Of a DNA stretch of 64,000 nucleotides, positions 1 to 15,185 are shown in pieces. Where the stretch lies: the NCBI RefSeq assembly GCF_006345805.1, contig NC_043007.1:29574001-29638000 (forward strand). The letters run 5' to 3'. How positions within the stretch are numbered: position 1 is the first letter of the stretch; every line of letters starts with the position of its first letter. Origin of the DNA: Octopus sinensis (taxonomy: Eukaryota). The position numbers and the translations under genes were made by a program. Below the pieces are notes generated by a model. It saw only the letters and a list, made by a program, of their open reading frames with translations. It did not search any database and had not been told where the DNA came from.

Positions 1-116
1 GGTGAAGCCAGTATGAATGGGCGACTGCTGGTCTTCCATAAAACAACCTTGCCCGGACTTGTGCCTGGGAGGGTAACTTTCTAGGTGCAATCCCATGGTC
101 ATTCATGACCGGAGGC
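1..116. mobile_element. Partial interspersed repeat (SINE-like 3' end) cut by the window edge
   Basis: GC-richer segment ending abruptly in (AT)/(TC) microsatellite. It resembles retroposon tails by appearance only; there is no second copy in the window. Confidence 0.3.
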
Positions 117-178
117 GGGGTCATATATATGTGTCTCTCTCTCTCTCTATATATATATATATGTTTGTAATATAATTT

Positions 179-378
179 GTGACAGTTATTCGGTTGCCAT
201 GATAAAACTCCGAGTTTCGGATGTCGGGGCTGAAACCTGCACCGGCATCTCTTCATTTATCGAGGCAATTAATATATGCATATTTTAATTGCCTCGATAA
301 CTGAAGAGATACCAGTGTAGGATTCCGCCTCGACATCCGAAACCCAGAGTTTTATCATGGCAACCGAATAACTGTCAC
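179..378. repeat. 200-bp foldback (imperfect palindrome) element
   Basis: The left end gtgacagttattcggttgccatgataaaact is the reverse complement of the right end agttttatcatggcaaccgaataactgtcac. Pairing continues to a centre near 275-283, and (TA)n tracts lie on both sides. Confidence 0.9.
296..356 (+). ncRNA. Hammerhead-ribozyme-like motif (type I, minimal/degenerate)
   Basis: gataa-CTGAAGA-gat...atcc-GAAAC-ccaga-GTT-ttatc. Stem I is GATAA/TTATC (5 bp), the core is conserved, and the triplet is GUU. The mirror copy on minus in the left arm has C3 changed to A. Confidence 0.5.
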
Positions 379-438
<60 letters not shown>

Positions 439-1299
439 TGTATGTATGTATTTATATATGTATGTATACATGCATATATACATACGTATATGTACATACT
501 TACATCTATACATATATATATTATATTATTATATGATTGAACGCCACGATGCACACTCTATTCTACCTTTTCACACTTTCGTTTTTTCTCTCTTCTTTTC
601 ACTTATTCTTCTACCTCCCCTTCTTCCCTCCTGTTTTTTTCTCATCCTATCTCCAGTTTTTCCCCTCTCCTTCAAAGTTCTCTGTCTGTCACTCTCTTTC
701 CCTCACACTTTCTCCCTTTTCAACATTCCTCCCACGTGACCATCAGCCATCTTTCTTTCTTCGCCTAACTTATGTTTCCTTCTTTCTCTCCGTTGAAACA
801 GGATCGAGGAAGACGTGTTCTTGTCTGTCTCCTGCCCAAGCTCGATTTACGCGTTCGTCACTACAACTTCGTTTAGGCTTAGCAGCCCTTCCTGTTTGTT
901 TTCACTGTCTTGTTTGTGCTACCAATTTTGACCCTCTGCAAAATCCCAAATTTTATTTAATTTGCTCGGCGGGAGCAACTGTTTTATTGAAAGCGTATCT
1001 TGTTGTGAAATGCTCGAAATACTAGACTAGAAAAAAACAGCCAACAACTGATGAAAGGTCGTTCTACATGTTGTTTGTCTTGTTTTCCATTTGTGTTTTT
1101 CGTTGTTTGAAAAAATAGTTCATATTCCATGTACTCGTACTTCGTATTTTTTGTTGAACATGTTTCATGATGTCCTGTGCCCACATATGCATAGATCTAA
1201 GTATGTACATATATGTATGTATATATGCAGATATATATATATATGTGTGTGTGCGTGTGTGCGTGTGTGTATGTGTGTGTGTAGTAATAATAACAATAA

Positions 1300-1600
1300 T
1301 ACAGACTACGCTGTAATCATACCAGGATTAGGGACTGTGATCTTAAGAGACACGTGATTTGTGGAAACGCGCGTAGTGATGCGTAAAATGCTTATAATTT
1401 CCATCCAAGGGTTATTGTTATTATTACTATATTATTTATCCTGCGTTACATCAGTCGAGCTCGATATAACCCAAAAGAACTGGTTCGCCAGTCAGCATCA
1501 TTAGACTGTGACCGGTATAAAGGAGTAGGCGCGTTACTTGCATATTCAAAACATTTCCGTAGACAAATTTAAAATACATATGTGTATACATATCTATATG
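1300..1600. repeat. Dispersed repeat, related to 63310-63590
   Basis: Shared blocks in the same order in both copies: ctgtaatcat, ggactgtgatc, ttgtggaaacgcgc, aactggttc, catcattaga, acaaatttaaaa. Confidence 0.7.
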
Positions 1601-1869
1601 TAGGTATGTGCGTGTGTGTATGTTTCTATGTATGTATTTAGTAAAAATCAAAGCGAGTTATACAATTAGCGAACCAGAAGCATTGAACATCGTCAGCTAC
1701 GGCAATAAGAACCAACGCAGTTTTAGTACTTTTAAAGTCCTAAGACTCTAGTTCTACTGGCCGCCTATCGAACTTCATTCATTTCTCACACTGAAGCTAA
1801 AATTGTATGTTTGTCAAAAAAAAAACCAGAACTTATCTCTGTGTGTGTCTCTGTCTGTCTGCCTCTGTG

Positions 1870-5160
<3,291 letters not shown>

Positions 5161-5599
5161 GAGAGAGAGCATGTATGCATGTTTCATCTCTTAACTTTTA
5201 CCTGCGAGAATGGTTTTTGCTATTATTGATTTTATTGTTTTGACAATGTAATGGTCAACGGTTCAAAGCTTGGTCCAGTACTTCAGTAATTGCGTGTGTC
5301 AACGTTTTCGTGATAGAAAAAGTTTAGGGCTTCGCAAAAGAATATGAGTTGGCTGTGTATTTAAGCTTGTCGGTTGCTTTTCTTCTTATTTAGTGCATTT
5401 CCTGTTTTTATTTGGAAGGTGGGGGTTGTCAGTCAGGCCTGTCACGATGCTGTTACCATGGAAATTTGTTTATTTTGTGCTTTGACCATCAAAAGAACGA
5501 TTTGGGCAGGTGGAGAGGTTGTTAGTCTGCATGTTTCCCTCTAGGGGTTCATTGTCCTATAAACAACGTGATTAATATTCTTTTACTTGTCATGCCTTT

Positions 5600-5745
5600 A
5601 GTCGAACAAATCGATCCCAGGACTTATTCTTTGTAAGCCTAGTACTTATTCGATCAGTCTCTTTTGCCGAACCGCTAGATTATGGAGACGTAAGCACACC
5701 AACATCGGTTGTCAAATGATGGTGGGGACAAACAGATGCACAAAT
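5600..5745 (-). mobile_element. SINE family B fragment
   Basis: gacttattctttgtaagcctagtacttattcgatcagtctcttttgccgaaccgcta is shared with the copies at 24.5, 29.6, 52.3 and 56.9 kb. Confidence 0.75.
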
Positions 5746-5756
5746 ATACACACTCA

Positions 5757-5814
<58 letters not shown>

Positions 5815-5992
5815 TGAAATTTATAGAAAAACGAAAGACGAAGACAGGTGTATGAACAACAAGCAGGTGTATTAGTTTGACGCTCGGGAAAATGAAAAAG
5901 TATTTTATGTTTCGAGACTACGCTCTACAACAGAAAAGAATAAGAAAATAAACAGAGAGAGAATGAAAGAAACCCGTAGATTTAGCGGTCAA

Positions 5993-6068
<76 letters not shown>

Positions 6069-6247
6069 TATACGTTTAAATATTTGTTGTGCAACATTTT
6101 TTATGTGAAGTCGTGTGTTGAAACAGATATTGTTATATTTCGGAATGGTCATATTGCCAGTTTAGCCAATAAAAACACACGCACTATATATTTGGTGTTA
6201 TTTTGCTTCAGTGATATTTATTTTTTACATTAATCTAATCTTATTTC

Positions 6248-6292
6248 GGCCAAAGTTCTTTCGTCACACTCCTGTGACCGCATCAGTGGTCC
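6248..6292 (-). ncRNA. Minimal hammerhead-like motif in PLE pLTR (degenerate: CUGAUGC core)
   Basis: Minus strand reads ggacca-CTGATGC-g-GTCACA-ggag-TGTGAC-GAAAG-aa-CTT-tggcc. The related copy at 29192-29236 has a canonical CTGATGA core. Confidence 0.45.
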
Positions 6293-6803
6293 TTTGTTTT
6301 CTTCTCACTTACTTGTGTCTCTCCTTACTAACCGTCAGCCATTTTGTATTTCTATTGTATGTCTTCATTTGCGCATGCTTATATCTCTATGTGCGTCTAT
6401 GTTTATTTAGTGTGTGTGTGGGGGGATGCCTGTAATATTTGTATCTTCTGGTTATATACATTCTTGTAATTTGTATTTTGTTTTTGTTGTTGTTGCTTTT
6501 GTTCTAATTTTGTTCATGTGTTTACATCCACCCATTATTATCATTACATATGCTTGTATGTATGTATAACAACAATATTAGTAATAATAATAATAAATCT
6601 AATCGAAAAAAAAAAAGAATATACATATACATATATATATATACATACATATACATATACATATATATATATATATATACATATATACACACATATATAC
6701 ACATATACATATACATATATATACACATATACATATATATAGATATTCATTTCTATTTCTTTAATTACCTGTGTATTTATTATGTTTGCAGGATCCACTA
6801 TTG

Positions 6804-8047
6804 TCATATGTTGTGGTGTGCGCTATTGCTCCATTCTAGTTTTCTATTCAGGCTAGGTTTATTTTCTATTATATGTGTAGCTTCTGTAATTTGTCTAATT
6901 GTTGCATCTGTTCTATGTGTGGACAATATCTTAATCTCTATGTTATTGATTGATCCCCCGTGTTCTTGTTCGGCGTGTTGGTACAGAATCGATGAGCTTT
7001 TACCTTCCTTGAGTTGTCTCCAATGTTCATTCACCCGCTCACCAATGCTTCTTGCAGTTTCCCCTACGTATGTTACTGTCTTGTTACTGCATCGTCCCTC
7101 TATACATCTTATACTATAGACCACATTTCTAGCTTTACAGTTCGTTTGTGGGCTAAATCTACATACAGTGCAATAGTTATCCGTACAGAGAGTTCTACTA
7201 AAAGAATAGCTTCTACCAATTATAGATCTGATAGGGTTGCCTGGCTTTTCAACAACCTTAATTCTTAGTTTAAGTTTATCTAGGGTCCTTCTAAAGCGGT
7301 ACGCTAGTTCACCTCCAGGGGTGGTGTCAACGAACATGACACTCTGGTATTTATAGCTATCATACCAAGAGTTGGCCTTCCCTATTTTCTTTTTTGTCCT
7401 TTCTATAGTGTTCCATGACTTGTTCCTATAGAGTGGGCAAATCCCATTCCTATCATTACATAATATATTATCAAATTTCTTCATGGCTCCCTGGTATACT
7501 CTGATCCTTTCTTTATGGCTGTAACCTGAGAACTGCATGCGGTGAATGAAATACTGTATGTGTCTCTTTAATTCTGTAGGCTCGCACTTGCGTGACACAT
7601 TTCTCATTATTCTGACGAGGTCTGCCATCAAAATATTGAATTTGGCATTGCCCGCAATGGCTGAGTTCCGGTGGATCAGGTATTTTGAGGCCATAGGTTT
7701 TGCATAGTATGAATGAAGGATTTGGGTTTTATTTTTCACAATTTCTAGCCAGAGTTCAGTGTCTAGTACTGGTAGTCTATGGTTGGGGTGTTTAGTGGGG
7801 TAGTCTATTGTGACCTTAATACTCTGGTGGATGGAGTTAGCTATTTGCTGGATGCTCTCCATAGTATTAGTTTCTATTACTATATCAACAGTACTCTCTT
7901 GTGGGGGTGCCTTTACTACTATATTGATATCATCAACATAGCGAGAGTACATGTTTACGAGTATGGATTTCTGCAGTAGGCATTCTTTAAGCCTTCTGTC
8001 CCACCATACCATGAAGAGGTTGGCCACATCACCAGCGATACTAACAC
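6804..8047 (-). CDS. Penelope-like retroelement reverse transcriptase (C-terminal half) plus GIY-YIG endonuclease, 5'-truncated
   Basis: Open frame with [11 protein letters not shown] (RT motif B region), YSRYVDD (catalytic), [16 protein letters not shown]...IHRNSA, a Cys linker CTDNYCTVC, and [13 protein letters not shown]...[16 protein letters not shown] (GIY-YIG). The first ~24 aa of the tracked ORF (to 8117) come from the inverted pLTR and are not genuine. Confidence 0.92.
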
Positions 8048-8371
8048 AACAATACAAAAGCAACAACAACAAAAACAAAATACAAATTACAAGAATGTAT
8101 ATAACCAGAAGATACAAATATTACAGGCATCCCCCCCACACACACACTAAATAAACATAGACGCACATAGAGATATAAGCATGCGCAAATGAAGACATGC
8201 AATAGAAATACAAAATGGCTGATGCGGTCACAGGAGTGTGACGAAAGAACTTTGGCCGAAATAAGATTAAGATTAATGTAAAAAATAAATATCACTGAAG
8301 CAAAATAACACCAAATATATAGTGCGTGTGTTTTTATTGGCTAAACTGGCAATATGACCATTCCGAAATAT

Positions 8372-8400
<29 letters not shown>

Positions 8401-8406
<6 letters not shown>

Positions 8407-9580
8407 CATTTAGAGATAGTAGGCCCCTTCATCTCACCATATGAAAGAATTTTAAATTAAATACTTACTACTTTATAACTTGGCTACACGTGTTTCATGA
8501 GGTACATTTCTCGGTTCCTTAACCATGCCGTGTTTTGCTGGAACCATTCATAAAATATAGCCCCAATCATCAGGCCCCTATCTCACTTTCTCATATTTTG
8601 ATACTATAAACTATATTTTAATTTTTTAAACAAATAAGTATAAATAGGTTCGCCGGACCCTACTGTACAAGCCATAATTTAATTCAAATAAAAAATTACA
8701 AAAATATAAATAAAAAAATAAATAAAATCTAAAAACTTATATAAAAATAAAATAAAAATAAAAAATAAAGATGAAAATAAAAAATACGAATAAAAAATAA
8801 AAATTTACAAAAACTATGTTCTTACGTAACTTATGTCTATGAATATAAAATTAATAATATATAGGGTTAAAAAATAAAAAATATGTATTTGTGATGCTAT
8901 AAAATGATATAAAATGAAAGGAATGGCAAAAAAAAAATATGTTTGTAAATTCTAAATTGTTCTCATTCGTATCTTTTGTAAAATTTGCATTTCGTCATTC
9001 CTACCATAGTTTTTATTCGAAAATATTTATTCGTCATTGCTTCCATTTTTATTCGAATATATATTTTTTGCCATTTCTTTCATTTTACATCATTTTATAT
9101 CACAAGTATATATTTTTATTTTTAACCCTATATATTATTAATTTTATATTCATAGAAAATAGTTTTAGTAAATTTTAATTTTTATTCGTATTTTTTATTT
9201 TCATCTTTATTTTTTATTCGTTATTTTATTTTTATAAGTTTTTATTTTTTATTTTTTATTTTTTATTTTTATTTTTGTAATTTTTTATTTGAATTAAATT
9301 ATGGCTTGTACAGTAGGGTTCGGCGAACCTATTTTACACATACTTATTTGTTTAAAAAATTAAAATATAGTTTATAGTATCAAAATATGAGAAAGTGAGA
9401 TAGAGGCCTGATGATTGGGGTTATATTTTAAGAAAGGTTCCAGCAAAACACGGCGTGGTTAAGGAACCGGGAAATGTACCCCATGAAACACGTGTAGCCA
9501 AGTTATAAAGTAGTAAGTATTTAAATTAAATTTCTTTCATATGGTGAGATGAAGGGGCCTACTATCTCTAAATGAAAATA
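8401..9580. repeat. 1.18-kb foldback element with ~530-bp inverted arms
   Basis: The left end tattttcatttagagatagtaggccccttcatctcaccatatgaaaga mirrors the right end tctttcatatggtgagatgaaggggcctactatctctaaatgaaaata. Arms pair inward to ~8940 and ~9059, leaving a ~120-bp spacer. Confidence 0.92.
9405..9499 (+). ncRNA. Type I hammerhead-like motif in foldback right arm (mirror copy on minus at 8482-8576)
   Basis: ggc-CTGATGA-ttgggg...ccccat-GAAAC-acgt-GTA-gcc. Stem I is 3 bp, stem II is TGGGG/CCCCA with a U-U mismatch at the base, and stem III is the palindrome ACACGTGT. Confidence 0.55.
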
Positions 9581-9664
9581 TATATTTCCTCATTGAGAAT
9601 AATTTGAACCCCTGTGATGCCGGATTTTTTATTCCCTAACAAATAAAATTAAATATATATATGA

Positions 9665-9760
9665 CGGGTTTCTTTCAGTTTCCATGTAGAAGACACTTGC
9701 CCAAGGTGTCATGCAGTGGAATCACGTGGTTGGGAAGCAAGCTTCTTACCACACAGCCAG
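9665..9760 (-). mobile_element. SINE family B 5' fragment
   Basis: agaagacacttgcccaaggtgtcatgcagtgg...aagcaagcttcttaccacacagcca is the reverse complement of the tRNA-like head seen at 56875. Confidence 0.7.
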
Positions 9761-10516
9761 TGTTTTATGGAGTCAGATTCTGCGGGTATTGTGTTTATAT
9801 ATATTTCTTCAATTCTGTTTGAAACGTAGGTATCTTATAATATTTTATTGTAGGCCAGTTGATTTACTTAAGAGTGGAGCATTATAAATAGTGCGTTTAT
9901 ATTATTGTATAAAAATGAGAATAAAAATAAATTCAACTTAAAAATTGATTTAGAAATTTAGAAAGAATATGTTAGAATTAATTAGAAATTAATTATATTT
10001 TATCAGTTGTTTCTCATCAAATTTTCAAAAGTATATTTTATATGGAAGTGTGTTGCGAATTCTGGTCGTGGTTATAAAAATAGCTTGTTTGGATTACTTA
10101 CCAACGCAAAACATACTTCAACTTAATTGGAAGAGCTCAATAAAAAGAATAAAAAGAATTTAACATTGGCAGCTACTTTACAAAAATGACAAACCATATG
10201 GGACAAAAAGCTGTCAGATTTGAATGAGGGCAGGTTTTAATTTGTCTTTAAAACAATGTATCTGTTATTTTAGAAGACAATTAGTAGAGTTAAGCTTAAA
10301 AAATCTCAGTGGTTTCTAATAACACTGTAATAATTTGCTTTTTGTTTTTGGTCAGTAGGTGTTATTTCGTATTTGTTTCTATCTAGAAATGAAAGGAAAT
10401 GACTACTATTCCCTTCACACTTTACTTTTGTGTCATGAACAGCAATGTTTTGAAATTGACCTATTTTCCATTACATTTCAGACAGATTCACTGCTGAGTT
10501 ACTGAAGCAGAAATAT

Positions 10517-10933
10517 ATATTTCTTTATTGCCCACAGGGGGTTAAACAGAGGGGATAAACAAGGACAGACAAAGGGATTAAGTCAATTACATCGACTCCA
10601 GTGCGTAACTGGTACTTATTTAATCGACCCCGAAAGGATGAAAGGCAAAGTCGACCTCGGCGGAATTTGAACTCAGAACGTATCGGTAGACGAAATACCT
10701 ATTTCTTTACTACCCACAAGGGGCCAAACACAGATGGGACAAACAAGGACAGACAAACGGATTAAGTCGATTACATCGACCCCAGTGTGTAACTGGTATT
10801 TATTTAATCGAACCCGAAAGGATGAAAGGCAAAGTCGACCTCGGCGGAATTTGAACTCAGTACGTAACGGCAGACGAAATACGGCTACGCATTTCGTCCG
10901 TCGTGCTAACGATTCTGCCAGCACGTCGCAGTG
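10517..10933 (-). mobile_element. SINE family A with internally duplicated body, flanked by a 16-bp target-site duplication
   Basis: Two tandem copies of gaaaggatgaaaggcaaagtcgacctcggcggaatttgaactcag. The sequence actgaagcagaaatat occurs at both 10501-10516 and 10934-10949. Confidence 0.85.
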
Positions 10934-11216
10934 ACTGAAGCAGAAATATCGTTATAGCAAATATTCTGCTCAATACCACAGACTTGTCAGTTGTTTGACC
11001 TTAACCACTTGAACACGTCCCTTACTGGTTGACAATACGCGCGTCTCTGATGATGAACAGGAGTTGGAACATCATAGTCATGTGTTGAGAAGGATTCTTT
11101 GCAGTTTGAATAAGCGCAACAAAAGCAAAGTTTGAAGAAAATATTAGCCATTTTCATACATTCTAGTTGCTACCCAAGGACAAAAATTATGTTACACGGT
11201 GTAATCTTTTCTACCA

Positions 11217-11418
11217 TTGGCACGAGGCCTGCAATTTTGGAAGTGGGTTGGGGAATGTGGGTAAGTCGATTACATCAATCCCAGTACCTGATTGGTACTT
11301 ATTTTATGAACCCCGAAAAGATGGAAGGCAAAGTCGACCTAAGCGGAATTTGAACTCGTAACGTAAAGACTGACGAAGGTTAAGTTTGTCCAGCGTGCTA
11401 ACTATTCTGCCAGCTCGC
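11217..11418 (-). mobile_element. SINE family A copy
   Basis: Core ggcaaagtcgacctaagcggaatttgaactc plus the ctgccagctcgc head, as in the other copies. Confidence 0.8.
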
Positions 11419-12638
11419 TGTCTTCGACGGGTATTTACTAATAAAAATCGATTTGGAGTTGAAAAAACATTTATGAAGCAAAAACTAGTGAAATTTGCGA
11501 GAGGGATCCTTAATTGGTTCTGTCAGACTAAAAAAGTTGAGGGTCAGCGTTGCACCGGTTCGAAATTTTGACCAGTTTCTGTCCCGTTGCAGTTTTGGTT
11601 TGGTTCCACATAAATGTGTCCATGGTGTAGGTGTTTGGGATGATAGTGTTGCATAAGCTGAAAATATTCCGGTTTTCCAATAAACTGAAAGTATGAATAT
11701 TTAATAAAGCAGATGTGAAGAGCGGATTTTAGGTGCAAAACACCGGCTTTTTAGATGCAACTTTTAAGTGTAAAAATAGGAATTTGGTGCAAGATTAGGT
11801 GCAAAAGATATGTTTTCATTCAAATTTAATAAAAAACGTTAAGACTCTTTGCGAATAAAATTATCCTTAGATTTAAAGCAAAGATAAACCAATTTAAGCT
11901 CATTAAATTGTATATCTCTCTTGTCGTTTTCCAAATACAATTTATATTTTAAGTGTTAGGCCAAGAATTCTTTTCTGTCTATATTTCCAAACTAAATAAT
12001 AAAAGAAAATAATCAATACAAATAATTAATAATTAAAATAATGAATATAACTGATTAACACCAAATTTAGGACTTTGAATTATATTAGGAAAAGTTAGAT
12101 AAGTTAATGGAATTGGGCATTAAAAATTCATCATTGTCAAATGATAAACTATTTTCTTATGTTTATTGAAATAATTTTGAAAATAATAATTCGTTTTGAA
12201 ATATCAAGAAACAAAAGATTTTAAAACGTATTTTTGAAATATTTAAAATTTCAAGAATTCATTTAAAAAACATTTTACATAGATGTTTGCTGTTGTTCAT
12301 TAGTAGAGTTTCAATCTGCCGCGGATCTTGCTGCCTTGACGCAGCGACGCCAGCAAAGGAACCGACGAACATCAGCGCAAGGTCTTTCACAACATCGAAG
12401 ACGGCATCAAGTTGGTCATCAGGCACTTTGTTATGGTAACATCAAGTGCATCTCAAGCCTGATCCAGGTGGCAGGTTCCGGTTGGGAGTCTGTGAGGCCT
12501 GGTTTGTCAACGGGAATCAAGAGTTATGTATGAATGTATGTTTGTATGTCTGTCTGTCTGTCTATCTTGTATGTTTGTATGTATATATGCATGTATGTGT
12601 GCATAATGTATGCATGTATGTGTATGTCTATGTATGTC

Positions 12639-12672
<34 letters not shown>

Positions 12673-13188
12673 TGTGTGTGTGTGTATGCGTGCGCGTGCC
12701 TGTGCGCGCGCGTATGTATCTGCATGTCTGCTTGAGTGTGTGTATATGCACACGTATACGTATGATTTTTACCTATTTATGCAACTGTGTGTATGTGTCT
12801 GTCTATCTGTCTTTAAACACACACACACATACATATATATACATATATATGATCTATACTTGTGTAAATAGAAGAATATATATATATATATCACACACAC
12901 ATGCTTTTACACGCTCCCATATCTACACACGCATCTATACCACTGTTGCTGCGTTGGTCTGCTGCGACCCCCCCCCCTTTTTTATCCGTTCTTTGTTGAC
13001 AACCCACTGAGATGGCATTAAAAACGCTGCGGCAGTCGTTAAGTGGACTGTCTCTCCTCCACAGGTTCAACTCGAAGACATCAAAACCAAGCATTTGGCT
13101 TTCATTCAAACCCGTTGAAGAGCATTCAGGAACGGTTTTACACGCCAAGACAAACAATTAAGACTTTAAACGATTTCTGTGCTAAATA

Positions 13189-13232
<44 letters not shown>

Positions 13233-13544
13233 ATACACACATACACACATGCAAACACGCACACACACACACACACACGCACGCACGCACGCACGCACAC
13301 ACATACACGCATACTCATACAATATATACTGAGGTGTACATATTCATATATATTTATGTACATATACACCTGTGTATATGTATATATATGTACATGTATG
13401 TGCGTATGTGTGTGCGCGTGCGTGCGTGCGTGCGTGTGTGTGTGCGTATGTATGTACACAAATATATATAACTCATACACATAGAAAGAATTGAAGTTAC
13501 TTTCTGCGATTTTGATCGCAGTTTAAATGGTTAAAGTTATTAAT

Positions 13545-13920
13545 TTATAAGATGGAGACGTGGTAAGGCTTTAGTCGACGTTAAGACTTCTCGTGGGAAC
13601 AATGGGGGTGACCTGGCCTCCAAATGGAAACGTGCCAGGTACGAGAGCCTTCTGCTGAGTTGCAGGGTGAAGGGATAGAAGATCTGGCTTTTCCCAGTCG
13701 AAGTTGGCTGAAGGGGACACCCTGTCCAGTCAGTTTGGAGGATGCGTACAGTCATTGGAATGAGAAAAAAGGAGTGAAAGATGGCTCTGCGCCGGATGGG
13801 AGAGGCAGAAGAAAGATATGATGAGCAGTGATTTGGTCACACCTGCTGACCCATCAACCGGAGAGTGTTCCGGTTCAGGGTCGAAACAGCCGATGATCAT
13901 TGGATACTATCTTCCTGGCT
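13545..13920 (+). pseudogene. Decayed 3' end of an RLE-type non-LTR retrotransposon (HERO-like)
   Basis: Conceptual translation KRARYESLLLSCRVKG*KIWLFPVEVG*RGHPVQSVWRM matches the KY...C...GW....PVEVGCRG motif of RLE C-termini and contains in-frame stops. The clade name is inference. Confidence 0.6.
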
Positions 13921-13993
13921 CAATTTACTTTGGTGAGTGGAAGAGAAACACACACACACACACACACACACACCACACACACACACACACACA

Positions 13994-14480
13994 CAGGGTG
14001 ACCCCAAAATCACTGAGGGAAAGCAATTTTTGAGAGTTCTTTTATTTTTTGACATTTTTCTTTTTTTTCAGGGATTTTATAGACCAGGTCCTAGAAATTA
14101 ATTATGGAAAAATATGACACCGCCAACGCACCCAAGACGTGAAATTGTTCTATCAAAATCAGGGGTCAATTATTGAAACCCAGAGAGCATATCGTTGGCA
14201 CTTTCAAGTGAGAAATGCTCCAAGATGGAGCATTTTGAAAAACTAGGAACAGTAAGTGATCTCCGAGATCTGCGAGACCTCGCACTGTGAGAACAGATGA
14301 GGCAAGGGAACAAGTGTATTGAACAGAATCCGGTCACGTCGACTCGAAGACGGTCAGTTCGGTATTTCACAAACTTCGCTGCAAACGGTTCTCAGTCGTC
14401 TTAACCTTTTTCCATACAAGGCACAGTTGGTTCAACTGTTGAAGTTCCAGGACTAGGAACACAGAGTATTCGTATAAGTA
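13994..14480 (+). mobile_element. Tc1/mariner-superfamily transposon 5' remnant (DUF4817-type HTH)
   Basis: Begins CAGGGTG. Frameshifted translation includes MEKYD, KLFYQNQGSIIETQRAYRWHF, FEKLGTVSD, RPRTVRT, STRRR and LNLFPYKAQLVQLL. Confidence 0.6.
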
Positions 14481-14984
14481 TCAAGGAGAAAAAAAATCAG
14501 TAATAAAGTCCGCTAAAGTTCCAATAAACACCAACCATTCAGTCTTTGTTTCTCCCTTTTCTGCCAAAATTATTTCCAAGTCTTTCTTGGTTATATTTTG
14601 TTGCTGCACTGCTTTTACACCAAATGTAATCATGTGATTGGTCATAACCAGTGTGTCAGGTCATAATTAGTGTAAGAGGTCATAATGTGACAGATCTAAT
14701 GAATGTGACCGATCGTAATTAATATGACAAACCATAATCTATAATGTCTATTTGAGATGGAAATTCTTAATTAAATCAGGGTCACATGGAAAGAGAATCT
14801 GCTAAATCCAAAATCTCGTCTGCTCTCTTCATTTAGAAATATAGTCCTCACATTTACCCCAATTTTGTTCCACGATCGTTCCTGACCCTTATCTCATTTA
14901 TTTGGCATCATTCCTTTCTCCAAACTCCCGCGAAGACCATCAACTACAGTGTTATACCTCTTACCACATTCATCAGTTTCAAAT

Positions 14985-15185
14985 TTTGGCACAAGGCCAG
15001 CAATTTAGGGGTAGGTAGTAAGTCGATTAGATGAACCCCAGTGCTCAACTGGTACTAATTTACCGATCCCGAAAGGATGAAAGGCAAAGTCCACCTCCGC
15101 AGAATTTGGATTCAGAATGTAATGGCGGAAGAAATGCCGCTAAGCATTTTGTCCGACATAATAACTCATCTGCCAGCTCACCACC
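14985..15185 (-). mobile_element. SINE family A copy
   Basis: Contains gaaaggatgaaaggcaaagtcc and aatgccgctaagcatttt...ctgccagctca. Confidence 0.8.

Larger units (their letters stand above)
6127..8379 (-). mobile_element. 5'-truncated Penelope-like element with 3' pseudo-LTR and an inverted pLTR copy at the 5' junction
   Basis: The RT/GIY-YIG ORF lies between inverted repeats 6127-6502 and 8053-8379. (TA)n tracts lie at 5997-6070 and 8378-8402. An inverted partial pLTR at the truncated end is the established PLE architecture. Confidence 0.85.

Noticed and set aside
1005-1075. GAAA...CTGATGA arrangement suggesting a permuted hammerhead
   Set aside because: No convincing stems I, II or III can be drawn.
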